This document shows, piece after piece, positions 1-9,237 of a DNA stretch of 64,000 nucleotides. This DNA is from an uncultured Gammaproteobacteria bacterium. Lineage in GTDB: Bacteria; Patescibacteriota; Microgenomatia; UBA10105; UBA927. The stretch is taken from the NCBI GenBank assembly GCA_964349125.1, contig CAYGFH010000001.1, positions 133,408 to 197,407 on the forward strand, read 5' to 3'. How positions within the stretch are numbered: position 1 is the first letter of the stretch; the number at the start of each line of letters is the position of its first letter. Both the position numbers and the translations under genes were made by a program. Below the pieces are notes generated by a model. That model saw nothing but the letters and a program-made list of their open reading frames with translations, did no database searches and had not been told where the DNA came from.

Positions 1-36
1 CGAAACTTACATATGATGCCAAAAGTCTATACATGG

Positions 37-2322
37 TCATATTTTCTTTTTTGTACCTGAATTTTTTACTATAGTGATGAGAAAAAGGAGTAACCCGATA
101 CCTGTTACGATATACCCAGCCATCGTAAATTTGTGGGATTTGAGACGGATCGTGAAATGGTGTTTGGCAGTTCCCTCAAGTTGTGGTTTAATGAGCCACC
201 CGTTCGCGTATCCGTTTATCATGAAATGAGATTCTATAGGGGCTCCCTCATGTGATGTGAGCTCCCAGGATTCGTTATACGCGTCCTGAAAAGCAATAAT
301 AAACGGTTTACTGGGATTTTCTGGAACTACCGTGACTGCATACTCTACGGGTGATTTTCTGTCACTCGATACGGATGTACGGGTGACCTCGAATTTGCCC
401 GTGCAAAACACAGATGTCCTGCCATCCTCACACTGCTCTTCCCGTATAAATGCGACCTCTTTGTCAGCAACACTCTGAAACTGAGCACTTCCGGAGGCAA
501 TACTGGTCGGGGTGTATACCTGTCCATTTATGCGATCAGACGAAATTTTATACACGCTATGGTGCCCCTTTTCAAATACTTTTGTGACTGGTAATTTTTG
601 GATAAGTGCTTCATATGCAGCAATAGAGTTTGGCATTTGCGTCGATGCGTTTCTATATATTGGGTAATCGGGAAACAATTCCATTACTCTGGTGTCACTA
701 TTTATGTATATGTACTGAATATTGGTAACAGCAAACAATTGAAGAAGTAATTGCGTATCACCACTGTCAAAAGTGTTCTTGGCAATATCCTGTATACCTT
801 CAAAATTCCATAATCCTGCAAAATCACTGTGACCTGTAACCAGAGGTATCATGGAAGGCCCAAAATATGCGGACTTGTTATTATCCAACAGTACCTGCAT
901 ATAGTTTCCTGACAGTGGGAATGATACGGTTTTCGCATCTTGCGGAAGTGTTGAGATGAATCGTAATGAATCCACATAGTCAGGGTCCATATAGAATGCT
1001 TTTTTAATACCTGTAGAGTGTTCATGTACAGAATTTACCAGTACGCCACTGTACAGAGACATGCTCCTATATCCGATCAGTAAGAACAATGTAACGCAGA
1101 TACTTCCGTACAGATATTTTCGAACGGATTGAGATAGTACAAGGAGTGCTGTGTATAATGCCGCGCTATAAAAAAACGCGTACACGTACAGCCATTTTTC
1201 ATAAAAGGTCCTAAACATGAGAAATCCCGGTATAGTAAATAATTGTTCGTAGAATCTGACTCCAAACGGTGTAACGTGCGCAGTAACCAGATAGTAGGTC
1301 ACAAAGAAGAACGTTCCCGTTAGGAAAAATAGCATATTACTGGTTCTGATTCCGGCGAATAGTATGCAAAGAAATGCAAACAAAGCGGGAATATTCTCCC
1401 CTCTGAATCCTGCAGGAATAAGTATATTTGCGCTCGATGAGATATGTGAAAGATTATCCCTGTATGAACGGATGGCTAATGAATATGCAAACTCTGCATC
1501 AAACACCCTCGCGTTGCTGTAGCTCCCCTTTTGTAAAAGGTTTGCCAGTTGTGGAACTATATGGAATGAATGCACCAGCATTGCCAGAGCCACTAGGAGC
1601 AATATTTTTTTCATGGGGAAAGTTTTTTTCCCAGTCAGGAGCAAAATAGCGAGGATAAAGAGTACTGCTAATGGATAAAAACTGAAAAATTGCGGTGAGC
1701 TAGTAAAGGCGAAACTGGGTGCGAATATGACAGTGATAGCGACTGCGAGCAAACCGAAAAAAAGTTTCTCCGTATCCAGAAAACGATAGATACAGTACAA
1801 CACCATGGGATTTAAGAAAATCTGGTTGTGGGAAACCAGAGATTTATCCCATCCGAATTTTGATGTGGCAAGCAAATAGAATAGCCCACTGATTACTGAT
1901 GCAAACAGTGAACTGCGTTCTGTGCTCTTCGGAAAAAACTTTTTACTTATAAGATCAAACAGGAGTGATGTGAACAAAAACCCCAGTGACAGTTTTATGC
2001 CGTTAAAGAAACCCAGCACCAGAGTATCGGATCGAAAAAGTTGTTGGACAGCCCAAATAAACGCTGTATAGGGTATATAGTAGTGGCTTGGCTCTACCTG
2101 TCTGAATCCTTCAGGCCTGACAGGATACAGTGCATAGTTTTGCAGAAATTCTATGGGTTTAAAATAATACAGTCTTGTATCATCCCCACCATATGTCACC
2201 TGTCCGGGCAATAACCAGAAAAATGGAATCAAAAATAGTGCAAGTGAAATCATCAGGCGCAATGAACCCAACCGAATATCAGAAAGTGCTGACCATAGAG
2301 AATGTAGTATCCGGGAAATCAT
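37..2322 (-). CDS. Large polytopic membrane protein (about 760 aa). It has an N-terminal multi-TM region and a C-terminal roughly 330-aa soluble domain. Possible GT-C glycosyltransferase, distantly YfhO/DUF-like.
   Basis: ORF track 37..2427 (796 aa). I prefer the internal ATG at 2322 (MISRILHS...), which avoids a 100-bp overlap with the upstream gene ending at 2328. The N-terminus has many hydrophobic segments, and the C-terminal half is hydrophilic. No motif was recognised firmly. Confidence 0.55.
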   Translation of the reverse strand: MISRILHSLWSALSDIRLGSLRLMISLALFLIPFFWLLPGQVTYGGDDTRLYYFKPIEFLQNYALYPVRPEGFRQVEPSHYYIPYTAFIWAVQQLFRSDTLVLGFFNGIKLSLGFLFTSLLFDLISKKFFPKSTERSSLFASVISGLFYLLATSKFGWDKSLVSHNQIFLNPMVLYCIYRFLDTEKLFFGLLAVAITVIFAPSFAFTSSPQFFSFYPLAVLFILAILLLTGKKTFPMKKILLLVALAMLVHSFHIVPQLANLLQKGSYSNARVFDAEFAYSLAIRSYRDNLSHISSSANILIPAGFRGENIPALFAFLCILFAGIRTSNMLFFLTGTFFFVTYYLVTAHVTPFGVRFYEQLFTIPGFLMFRTFYEKWLYVYAFFYSAALYTALLVLSQSVRKYLYGSICVTLFLLIGYRSMSLYSGVLVNSVHEHSTGIKKAFYMDPDYVDSLRFISTLPQDAKTVSFPLSGNYMQVLLDNNKSAYFGPSMIPLVTGHSDFAGLWNFEGIQDIAKNTFDSGDTQLLLQLFAVTNIQYIYINSDTRVMELFPDYPIYRNASTQMPNSIAAYEALIQKLPVTKVFEKGHHSVYKISSDRINGQVYTPTSIASGSAQFQSVADKEVAFIREEQCEDGRTSVFCTGKFEVTRTSVSSDRKSPVEYAVTVVPENPSKPFIIAFQDAYNESWELTSHEGAPIESHFMINGYANGWLIKPQLEGTAKHHFTIRLKSHKFTMAGYIVTGIGLLLFLITIVKNSGTKKKI

Positions 2323-2327
2323 ATTTC

Positions 2328-3359
2328 TTATTTCAACCATGCGCCATATCCGCTTAAAATACGCCGGGCTTCGGAATATCCGTACGCGAATACCCCGAGT
2401 ATACAAACAAGTGGATGTAAAAACCATGCCATATCATGAACCTGCATATACCCGCGTACGCTCAGCAAAAAAGGTTGTATCATCGTGATCGAATACAATA
2501 TATATGCGAATAGATTTTTTTTATCTTCCGAGGAATTGGCATCATAAACCAGATACTGCCGTTTATCCGCTTTTCCGTCAAAATATCGCCTTTTATACTC
2601 AATTCTTCTACTGAAGTAATCCCAGAGACTTGATCCGGTGAAATGGATCACAGAATTTCGGACAACTGCATATCTGTTTTTATTCTTTCGCAACAATCGT
2701 ACAAATGCGTCTGTGTGTATATATTCATGAGGATTCTTATACGTGTGCTGAATCGCTGTTCTTCGAACCATATGCCCGTTGTCACCAAGAGTCGGTAAAT
2801 TTGCTCTGTTAAATTCCACAACACTGTAGCCGGCTGTATGTCTGATGATGTTTCCACGTGTGATTGTGGCGGTAAATTGTGGGAGCTTTTCAGATTTCTG
2901 CAGGTAGTATACTAACGGATCATTAATTCCAAAGAGTGCGCAATATCTGGTAAACATGGGCATATCAGGCTCAGCGTAATTGTGCATACTGTATGCAGCC
3001 ACTATTTTTTGATCATCGCAAAACGGTTGCACCATCTGCTTCAACCAAGAGTTTCCCACGATGATATTATCCGGCTCAAGAAGTAATACAAGATCATTTT
3101 TTGCGTACGAAATGCCTAAACCCATTCTGGAGAGAGGTTTGTCTAACAAATCCCGGCGTACATATACCCGTTTATGTTCCTTGCGAAGAATTTCATGTAT
3201 ACCATTGGTTGAACCGCCATCCATAATGATGTGCTCTATCTTTTGTTTGGGGTACTCCTGTACCCTGATTGCTGTCAACATTTTTTTCCATAGAGAAAGC
3301 GGCGTATTGTATGAGGTTGTAATTATGGAAACGGATGGAAGATTCATTTTTTTCGCCAC
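2328..3359 (-). CDS. Family 2 glycosyltransferase (GT-A fold).
   Basis: The N-terminus reads SVSIITTSYNTP...IIMDGGSTNG, a typical GT2 signature. Intact 343-aa ORF. Confidence 0.8.
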   Translation of the reverse strand: MAKKMNLPSVSIITTSYNTPLSLWKKMLTAIRVQEYPKQKIEHIIMDGGSTNGIHEILRKEHKRVYVRRDLLDKPLSRMGLGISYAKNDLVLLLEPDNIIVGNSWLKQMVQPFCDDQKIVAAYSMHNYAEPDMPMFTRYCALFGINDPLVYYLQKSEKLPQFTATITRGNIIRHTAGYSVVEFNRANLPTLGDNGHMVRRTAIQHTYKNPHEYIHTDAFVRLLRKNKNRYAVVRNSVIHFTGSSLWDYFSRRIEYKRRYFDGKADKRQYLVYDANSSEDKKNLFAYILYSITMIQPFLLSVRGYMQVHDMAWFLHPLVCILGVFAYGYSEARRILSGYGAWLK

Positions 3360-3371
3360 TATTCACACGCT

Positions 3372-3399
3372 TTGCTATTCGGCTGACGTTGCGTATAAT
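3372..3399 (+). promoter_or_regulatory. Putative sigma70-like promoter for the plus-strand GT4-epimerase pair. TTGCTA sits at 3372-3377 and TATAAT at 3394-3399, with 16 bp between them.
   Basis: Hexamers read directly in the 71-bp divergent intergenic region between 3359 and 3431. Confidence 0.3.
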
Positions 3400-3430
3400 A
3401 CCATCTTATATACGCTCGGGTAAATGAGTC

Positions 3431-4597
3431 ATGAAAATCGCAAGATCAGTACTATATGTCAATTTTTCTCCATACGAAAACGCGGGGAATATTCTCGATT
3501 TTTTGAAAAAAAATTTTTCCACAGTGATATTATTTTCGTTTCAGTTTCATAAATTACACGATTCAAAGCATACAGATGTCTGTGTGGTCTATCAAAAAGG
3601 AGCTGAAATTGAGCGTATAAATCTATTTCGACCGCCTATCGCGACTTCGCTGACATTTTTTCTTCTCCCTGTTCGATCATGCATCATCATTTCACAGATT
3701 TTTATTCAGACATTGAGACTTCGGTCGCGGTATGGGCCATATGACATATTTTTTACGGTAAATGCGTTTACATCATGGACAGGAAATCTGCTAAAGAAGC
3801 TTGGAATAGTTAAGAAAACGCTCTTTTGGGTTTGGGATTACTATCCCCCTATACATACAGACATAGTCGCATCCGTAATGCGGAGAATATACTGGCAATT
3901 CGATAAGGTAGCAAGCAGCACTTCCACAAAAACGGTATTTCTCAATAAGCGTTTGGTTACACTTCGCAAAGAGATGGGGATAGTTCCTCCAAAAGCCGTC
4001 TATGAAATAATTCCCATAGGGACCAACCCGATAAAACTTTCGAAAAAGAAAAGAGATAAAACGCTTCGGTTAGCATTTTTCGGCGTGGTAAAAAAATCAC
4101 AAGGTCTGCAGTTATTCTTTTCATCCGTTGAAACGCTATTAACAATGTATCCTGATATCGAACTGCATGTCATTGGAGGCGGACCCGATAAGAAATACTT
4201 TGAGGATTTATCGAAAAAATACCCGATTAAAGCAAAATTTTACGGATACGTCACGGATGAGGTATATATGAAAAAAATAATCGGCGCATGTGATATTGGT
4301 CTTGCACCCTATGTGCCGGAAAAAAGCAATGTTTCCTATTATAGTGATCCTTCAAAGATTAAAGCATATATAAGTCTGGGAGTTCCGGTCATTACCACAA
4401 ATGTATTTACATTTTCACATGAGATAGAGAAAGCAAAGGCGGGCATAATAGTGAGCTATTTCAAACCGGCTGAGTTCATTGCTGGAGTGCGCACAATTAT
4501 GAAACATCTTACTTCATATCAGAATGCGGCATACACACTAAGCAAAAAATATAGGTATAATACCCTCTACAAACAATTATTTGCCGGTTTAGATTAA
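3431..4597 (+). CDS. Family 4-like glycosyltransferase (GT-B fold).
   Basis: The C-terminal half has a GT-B pattern (…HVIGGGPDKKYFEDL…GYVTDE…CDIGLAPYVP…), 388 aa. Confidence 0.75.
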   Translation: MKIARSVLYVNFSPYENAGNILDFLKKNFSTVILFSFQFHKLHDSKHTDVCVVYQKGAEIERINLFRPPIATSLTFFLLPVRSCIIISQIFIQTLRLRSRYGPYDIFFTVNAFTSWTGNLLKKLGIVKKTLFWVWDYYPPIHTDIVASVMRRIYWQFDKVASSTSTKTVFLNKRLVTLRKEMGIVPPKAVYEIIPIGTNPIKLSKKKRDKTLRLAFFGVVKKSQGLQLFFSSVETLLTMYPDIELHVIGGGPDKKYFEDLSKKYPIKAKFYGYVTDEVYMKKIIGACDIGLAPYVPEKSNVSYYSDPSKIKAYISLGVPVITTNVFTFSHEIEKAKAGIIVSYFKPAEFIAGVRTIMKHLTSYQNAAYTLSKKYRYNTLYKQLFAGLD

Positions 4598-4598
4598 T

Positions 4599-5582
4599 AT
4601 GAGAGCATCAACAGTGAAAAAAGTTGCAATCACAGGAGCATCGGGTTTCCTCGGAAGTCACATGGTGCGGTTTTTGAAACAAAAAAAACTGTACGTTCGT
4701 GCGATACTGCGAAGCGCAAACGCGGACACAAAAAAACTGTATTCTCTGGCAGATGAGGTAAGAAGCTGCGACCTATCTGATGCAAAAAAGTGCGATCTCG
4801 TGTTTAAGGATATCGATCATGTGTATCATTTTGCTGCGGACATGGGTGGTGTAGGATATTTTTCGAAAGAACAGTATATTCCGTTTGTCAGTAATATGCA
4901 GATGGATCTCAACGTGATGGAGTCATGCAGGAAAAATGGCGTACGGCGATTATTTTATCCCTCCAGTGCCTGCGCATATCCGATTGATGCCGTGACTCGG
5001 TTCAAAAAGCGCGAGAAGTTGAGCGAGACTATGTTCGTGCCAGCCAACCCGGATCAGATGTACGGATGGGAAAAACTGGTTATGCTCATTGCATCGGAGT
5101 ACACACCGTTTGAAACGCGCGTAGGCGTACTCCATACTATTTTTGGCCCGGGACAACAGTGGGAAGGTAAACGAGCGAAATTCCCCCCGGCTATTGTGTA
5201 CAAGGTAATACAGTCGAAAATCAACAATACCCCTATACATATTTGGGGGAACGGCAAACAGGTACGGACATTTTTATATATCACCGATGCACTGGAAAAA
5301 ATATACAGAGTGATGAACAAAAAAGGATATTGGGGCCCGGTTAATATTTCAAGTGACGAACAGGTCACAATAAAACAGTGTGTAGAATGGCTATGCCAAT
5401 ACGCCGGAATTAAACCAAGGTATATCTATGAAACAGATAAACCGACTGGAGTGCTACTGAGGGGTGTTGATAATAAGAAATTCAATTCACACTATTCCTA
5501 TAGGAATAAGGTCACGACAAAAAAAGGGTTCACATTACTGTATGACACAATATATTCACAGGTAACAGACCGGGTAGTCTGA
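4599..5582 (+). CDS. NAD-dependent sugar-nucleotide epimerase of the extended SDR family, GDP-mannose 3,5-epimerase-like.
   Basis: Rossmann motif ITGASGFLGSH. The SSACAYP and YGWEK motifs resemble the GME/GalE family catalytic region. Confidence 0.75.
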   Translation: MRASTVKKVAITGASGFLGSHMVRFLKQKKLYVRAILRSANADTKKLYSLADEVRSCDLSDAKKCDLVFKDIDHVYHFAADMGGVGYFSKEQYIPFVSNMQMDLNVMESCRKNGVRRLFYPSSACAYPIDAVTRFKKREKLSETMFVPANPDQMYGWEKLVMLIASEYTPFETRVGVLHTIFGPGQQWEGKRAKFPPAIVYKVIQSKINNTPIHIWGNGKQVRTFLYITDALEKIYRVMNKKGYWGPVNISSDEQVTIKQCVEWLCQYAGIKPRYIYETDKPTGVLLRGVDNKKFNSHYSYRNKVTTKKGFTLLYDTIYSQVTDRVV

Positions 5583-5583
5583 T

Positions 5584-6606
5584 TTAGGTTTCTTCCGAAA
5601 TTTCGCCCCGTGATAATGACACATAGTACCTGATTGATGGCCGCTTCATCACACGCAAAAAATACTGTGAATCCGGAATTTTCCGTACCGCTTTCTGAAT
5701 ATATGCGCGCATCCTCAAGCTATCGCCTATATGGGTCATATTCCAAAATAAAGACTTCTGTATTGCTGCAGCAAGCGCAAATTTCCCTTTTACAAGTGAC
5801 GCGAGAGAAAACGCTTCACAGAGAAGCAAGTGCACAGGCAATATAAAAAGTGCGGAAAGTAAACTTAAATTTTTTATATATGACCGTATTCTATTTTTAA
5901 AGGAATGGTATTGTATGAAATCATTGTTCATAGAACTGCTTGTTGCCCCCATTTTGTGATAAATCACAGAATCATGAACGTAGACAATGCGGTACCCAGC
6001 AAGCAATATTCTGTGACACATGTCGCTTTCCTCAAAATATGCAAAGTAGTCAGGGTCCAGTATCCATCCATCCACCTCTACTTTTTTTAACACGCTTCTT
6101 TTAAAGATCATGCACGCGCCTTTTGCCGTGTACAGATCAATTTGGGCATCATACTTTGGTATATTCTTTTTACCGAATCCGTAATGATATAAAAATCCTG
6201 TTGGAGTCAAAAACGCTCCTACACTGTCATGTGTATCCGGCTTATCCATCAGTAATATTTTGCTTTGTGCTCCTCCAATTGCCTGATCGCGTTCCAGTAC
6301 CCGAACCAGACGTGCTATGAATGTCCTTGTGGTTTTAGTATCGTTGTTTAGGAATAATACATACGACCCGGTCGCCTTTTTATACCCTATGTTATTTGCA
6401 TGGGAAAACCCAAGATTCTCTGCATTTACGATAACTTTTGCTTTCGGATAGTGTTTTCTGACCCACGATACAGACCCGTCGGTCGAACCATTATCAACAA
6501 CTATAATTTCCAATGCGGTGTGAGTCTGTTTGGAAAGCGTTGGGAGACAACCCTGTAACCAATGCAGACCATTCCAATTCACGATAATGACAGATACTGT
6601 TTTCAT
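5584..6606 (-). CDS. Family 2 glycosyltransferase.
   Basis: VSVIIVNWNG...VVDNGSTDGS...FLNNDT, a classic GT2 (rhamnosyl/GalNAc-transferase-like) N-terminus. Confidence 0.85.
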   Translation of the reverse strand: MKTVSVIIVNWNGLHWLQGCLPTLSKQTHTALEIIVVDNGSTDGSVSWVRKHYPKAKVIVNAENLGFSHANNIGYKKATGSYVLFLNNDTKTTRTFIARLVRVLERDQAIGGAQSKILLMDKPDTHDSVGAFLTPTGFLYHYGFGKKNIPKYDAQIDLYTAKGACMIFKRSVLKKVEVDGWILDPDYFAYFEESDMCHRILLAGYRIVYVHDSVIYHKMGATSSSMNNDFIQYHSFKNRIRSYIKNLSLLSALFILPVHLLLCEAFSLASLVKGKFALAAAIQKSLFWNMTHIGDSLRMRAYIQKAVRKIPDSQYFLRVMKRPSIRYYVSLSRGEISEET

Positions 6607-6609
6607 AGC

Positions 6610-7701
6610 TTATATGTATGATAGTAGTCGGATTATCCGCTTCACATCTTTTGCGGCCAGAGTGGAATACAAAGGCAGACACAGTACCCGATCTGCAACA
6701 GTTTGGGCGTTGGGAAATACATCGGTTTTTTTCAGATTCTTGCTGATAAATTCAAAATCGGTGACAAGGGGATAAAAATACTTTCGTGGTTTTATTCCGA
6801 CCTGTGAAAGTGCCCCATACGCGGTATCACGGATTTTTTTTGACGGAAAAAGTACCGGCATATATGCATAATTGTATTTTGACGCGATAAGTTTCTGAAA
6901 TGTGAACGACTTGTTATCTGACAGGGCAGCGACATATGTGTTGTATATCTGTTTCCTCCGATTGATGCTTCGCTCAACATTTTGCAGATTGCACAGCCCC
7001 ATTGCGGCCTGAAATTCGTTCATTTTCGCATTCACACCGGCCAGAATCGATTTTTCCTCTGAGAGGATACCGAAATTTCGAAGCAGGTTGATATAGTCGA
7101 TAGTTGCTTTTTTTGTTGAAACAACAGCTCCACCCTCTATAGTGTTAAATACCTTCGTCGCATGAAAACTGAGGGTGCTCATATCTCCATATGCCAATAC
7201 TGATTTCCCGGCATATTCCACACCAAATGCATGTGCGGCATCATAAATAAGCGCGATTCCATATTGTTTTGCTAACCGGGAAAGAGCAGTGACATCGCAC
7301 GGGTTTCCATATACATGGACAGCAAGAATAGCTTTTGTTTTTTTCGTGATTTTCTTCTCAACTTCAGATGGAGATATGGTAAATGTTTCCGGATCGATAT
7401 CAGCAAACACAGGGGTGAGACCTTCATACAATATTGCATTTGTCGTTGCTACAAATGTAAATGGAGTTGTAATAATCTCACTGCCCTGTTTTGCATGTAA
7501 GGCTCGAATCGCAAACTGTAAGGCTAGGGTACCATTTGAAAGCATCGAGATATGAGGGATCCCAAGGAATTGGAGGAGTTTTGATTCCAGCTCCTGAAGC
7601 AGGGCGCCATTATTGGTAAGCCATGCTGTTTTCCATATTTTTTTTAAATACGAATTATATCGTGATAATGACGGCAACTCGCTTTTTGTTACGTTAATCA
7701 T
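6610..7701 (-). CDS. DegT/DnrJ/EryC1/StrS-family PLP-dependent sugar aminotransferase (ArnB/PglE/WecE-like).
   Basis: Motifs LSNGTLALQFAIRAL, AVHVYGNPCD and SFHATKVFNTIEGGAVV (the Lys region). I prefer the ATG at 7701 (MINVTK...) over the TTG at 7725. Confidence 0.85.
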   Translation of the reverse strand: MINVTKSELPSLSRYNSYLKKIWKTAWLTNNGALLQELESKLLQFLGIPHISMLSNGTLALQFAIRALHAKQGSEIITTPFTFVATTNAILYEGLTPVFADIDPETFTISPSEVEKKITKKTKAILAVHVYGNPCDVTALSRLAKQYGIALIYDAAHAFGVEYAGKSVLAYGDMSTLSFHATKVFNTIEGGAVVSTKKATIDYINLLRNFGILSEEKSILAGVNAKMNEFQAAMGLCNLQNVERSINRRKQIYNTYVAALSDNKSFTFQKLIASKYNYAYMPVLFPSKKIRDTAYGALSQVGIKPRKYFYPLVTDFEFISKNLKKTDVFPNAQTVADRVLCLPLYSTLAAKDVKRIIRLLSYI

Positions 7702-7706
7702 ATGTA

Positions 7707-8372
7707 CTACAGTAATGTCTCCCAATCCGCATCAGCCAGCTTTCGTACCGGTTTTGCCGGAACCCCCATGTAGAGGTATCCTGAATCGAGATTATCCACC
7801 ACAACCGCACCTGCTGCAATATAGCATCCGTCTCCTATACGGATATTATGGATAATCGAAGCTCCTATGCCCACCCAGGTGCCTTCACCGATTGTGACAT
7901 TTCCGGCTATGTGCACTCCCGGACCGATATGTGAAAAATCTCCAATATGCACGTCATGATTAAGGCTTGCGGAAACATTGATAATCACGTGCTCCCCGAT
8001 ATTGACTGCATCAGTCAGTATGGCGCCCGGGGCAATTATGGATCCGGTGCCTATGGTAATCGTGTCATTTTTTTGAGGAGAATTGGCTATGAGGTTCACA
8101 AACGATGCACCCCGTTTTACCAGCGCTTGTATCCACTCCCTTTTATTTGGCAGTCCAATCGCGGATAAAAAGACAGATCCGGCAATAACATCAGGTGTGA
8201 TACTCTCATCCGAGAGTACCGGAATTCCATACTGCGATTGTGGAGATTTCCAGAATTTCTTTTGTATAATAAATCCTTTTACGGAAGATGCCCCGTGAAG
8301 CTGGGTGTAATACCTGTATGCTTCCCTTGCCATCCCGCCTGCTCCAAGAATATATACGTCTCTGCTGTTCAT
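7707..8372 (-). CDS. Hexapeptide-repeat sugar N/O-acetyltransferase (PglD/NeuD-like).
   Basis: N-terminal Rossmann-like YILGAGGMAREA followed by left-handed beta-helix hexapeptide repeats (IGxGxxI...). It lies immediately downstream of the DegT gene. Confidence 0.75.
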   Translation of the reverse strand: MNSRDVYILGAGGMAREAYRYYTQLHGASSVKGFIIQKKFWKSPQSQYGIPVLSDESITPDVIAGSVFLSAIGLPNKREWIQALVKRGASFVNLIANSPQKNDTITIGTGSIIAPGAILTDAVNIGEHVIINVSASLNHDVHIGDFSHIGPGVHIAGNVTIGEGTWVGIGASIIHNIRIGDGCYIAAGAVVVDNLDSGYLYMGVPAKPVRKLADADWETLL

Positions 8373-9232
8373 ATTGATGTGCGCAAATACCCGACCCCGA
8401 TGGCGAATTTATACAATAGAAGGAGTAGGTATAAACCAAAATGCGCAAATGTTTCGGCAATTTGCTGACTCCTGAAAAACACGCCAAACAATCGATACCA
8501 CGGATTTAATTGCTTCCCCAGTATTATGGCATTATATACCGTTTTATTCCGTTTTTTCCATTTTTGTGAATATATGGCTACCCCTTCTTTAAATCCTGTC
8601 CGTTTTTTAACCGAGGCCAAAATACTCATATTCGCCTCATTGTGAAACACATAATGGGGTAAAACCCCGAAACTGCATCCCTTTTCGAGTAGCTGCAGTT
8701 CCATGTCCCAGTCGGCTGGCCCCCCGGATAATTGTTCGTCGTAAACTAAGCCAAGCTTTCGGATGGTCGATCTATGTATAATTCTAGCGGCGGCTATTGC
8801 CGTCCCTTCATATGCGCGCTTTTCAAACGTTTTTAGTCGGCTCATCAGCACTGAATTCCCTACCACATTTTCAGGAACCTGGATGGCGACAACGTTGGGA
8901 TTTTTCTGAATATAGTGTTTTAGCTGTTGTAGGAAATCGGGAGGAAGTGTCATATCATGATCCAGAAAATATACATAGGTATTCTTCGATTTTTTAAGCC
9001 CTATGTTTCTCTGCGTGCAGACTCTTGGAGGCACACCGTTGATTTTGTATATTGTCGCGTTATATGCCTTGGCGATCTTCAGGGTATCATCCGTACTTTG
9101 ATTATCAGCGATGCATATGTCGTACCGAACTGGTGACGCTTTCTGATTTTTTATACTTTCAAGGCATGACCCAAGATGAGCGGATGAATTATGTGTCGGA
9201 ATAATAAATGTGACCGAAATTCGTGATTTCAT
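8369..9232 (-). CDS. Family 2 glycosyltransferase.
   Basis: SVTFIIPTHNSSAHL...CIADNQSTDDT...FLDHDM (DxD-like). Confidence 0.8.
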   Translation of the reverse strand: MKSRISVTFIIPTHNSSAHLGSCLESIKNQKASPVRYDICIADNQSTDDTLKIAKAYNATIYKINGVPPRVCTQRNIGLKKSKNTYVYFLDHDMTLPPDFLQQLKHYIQKNPNVVAIQVPENVVGNSVLMSRLKTFEKRAYEGTAIAAARIIHRSTIRKLGLVYDEQLSGGPADWDMELQLLEKGCSFGVLPHYVFHNEANMSILASVKKRTGFKEGVAIYSQKWKKRNKTVYNAIILGKQLNPWYRLFGVFFRSQQIAETFAHFGLYLLLLLYKFAIGVGYLRTSI

Positions 9233-9237
9233 ATACG

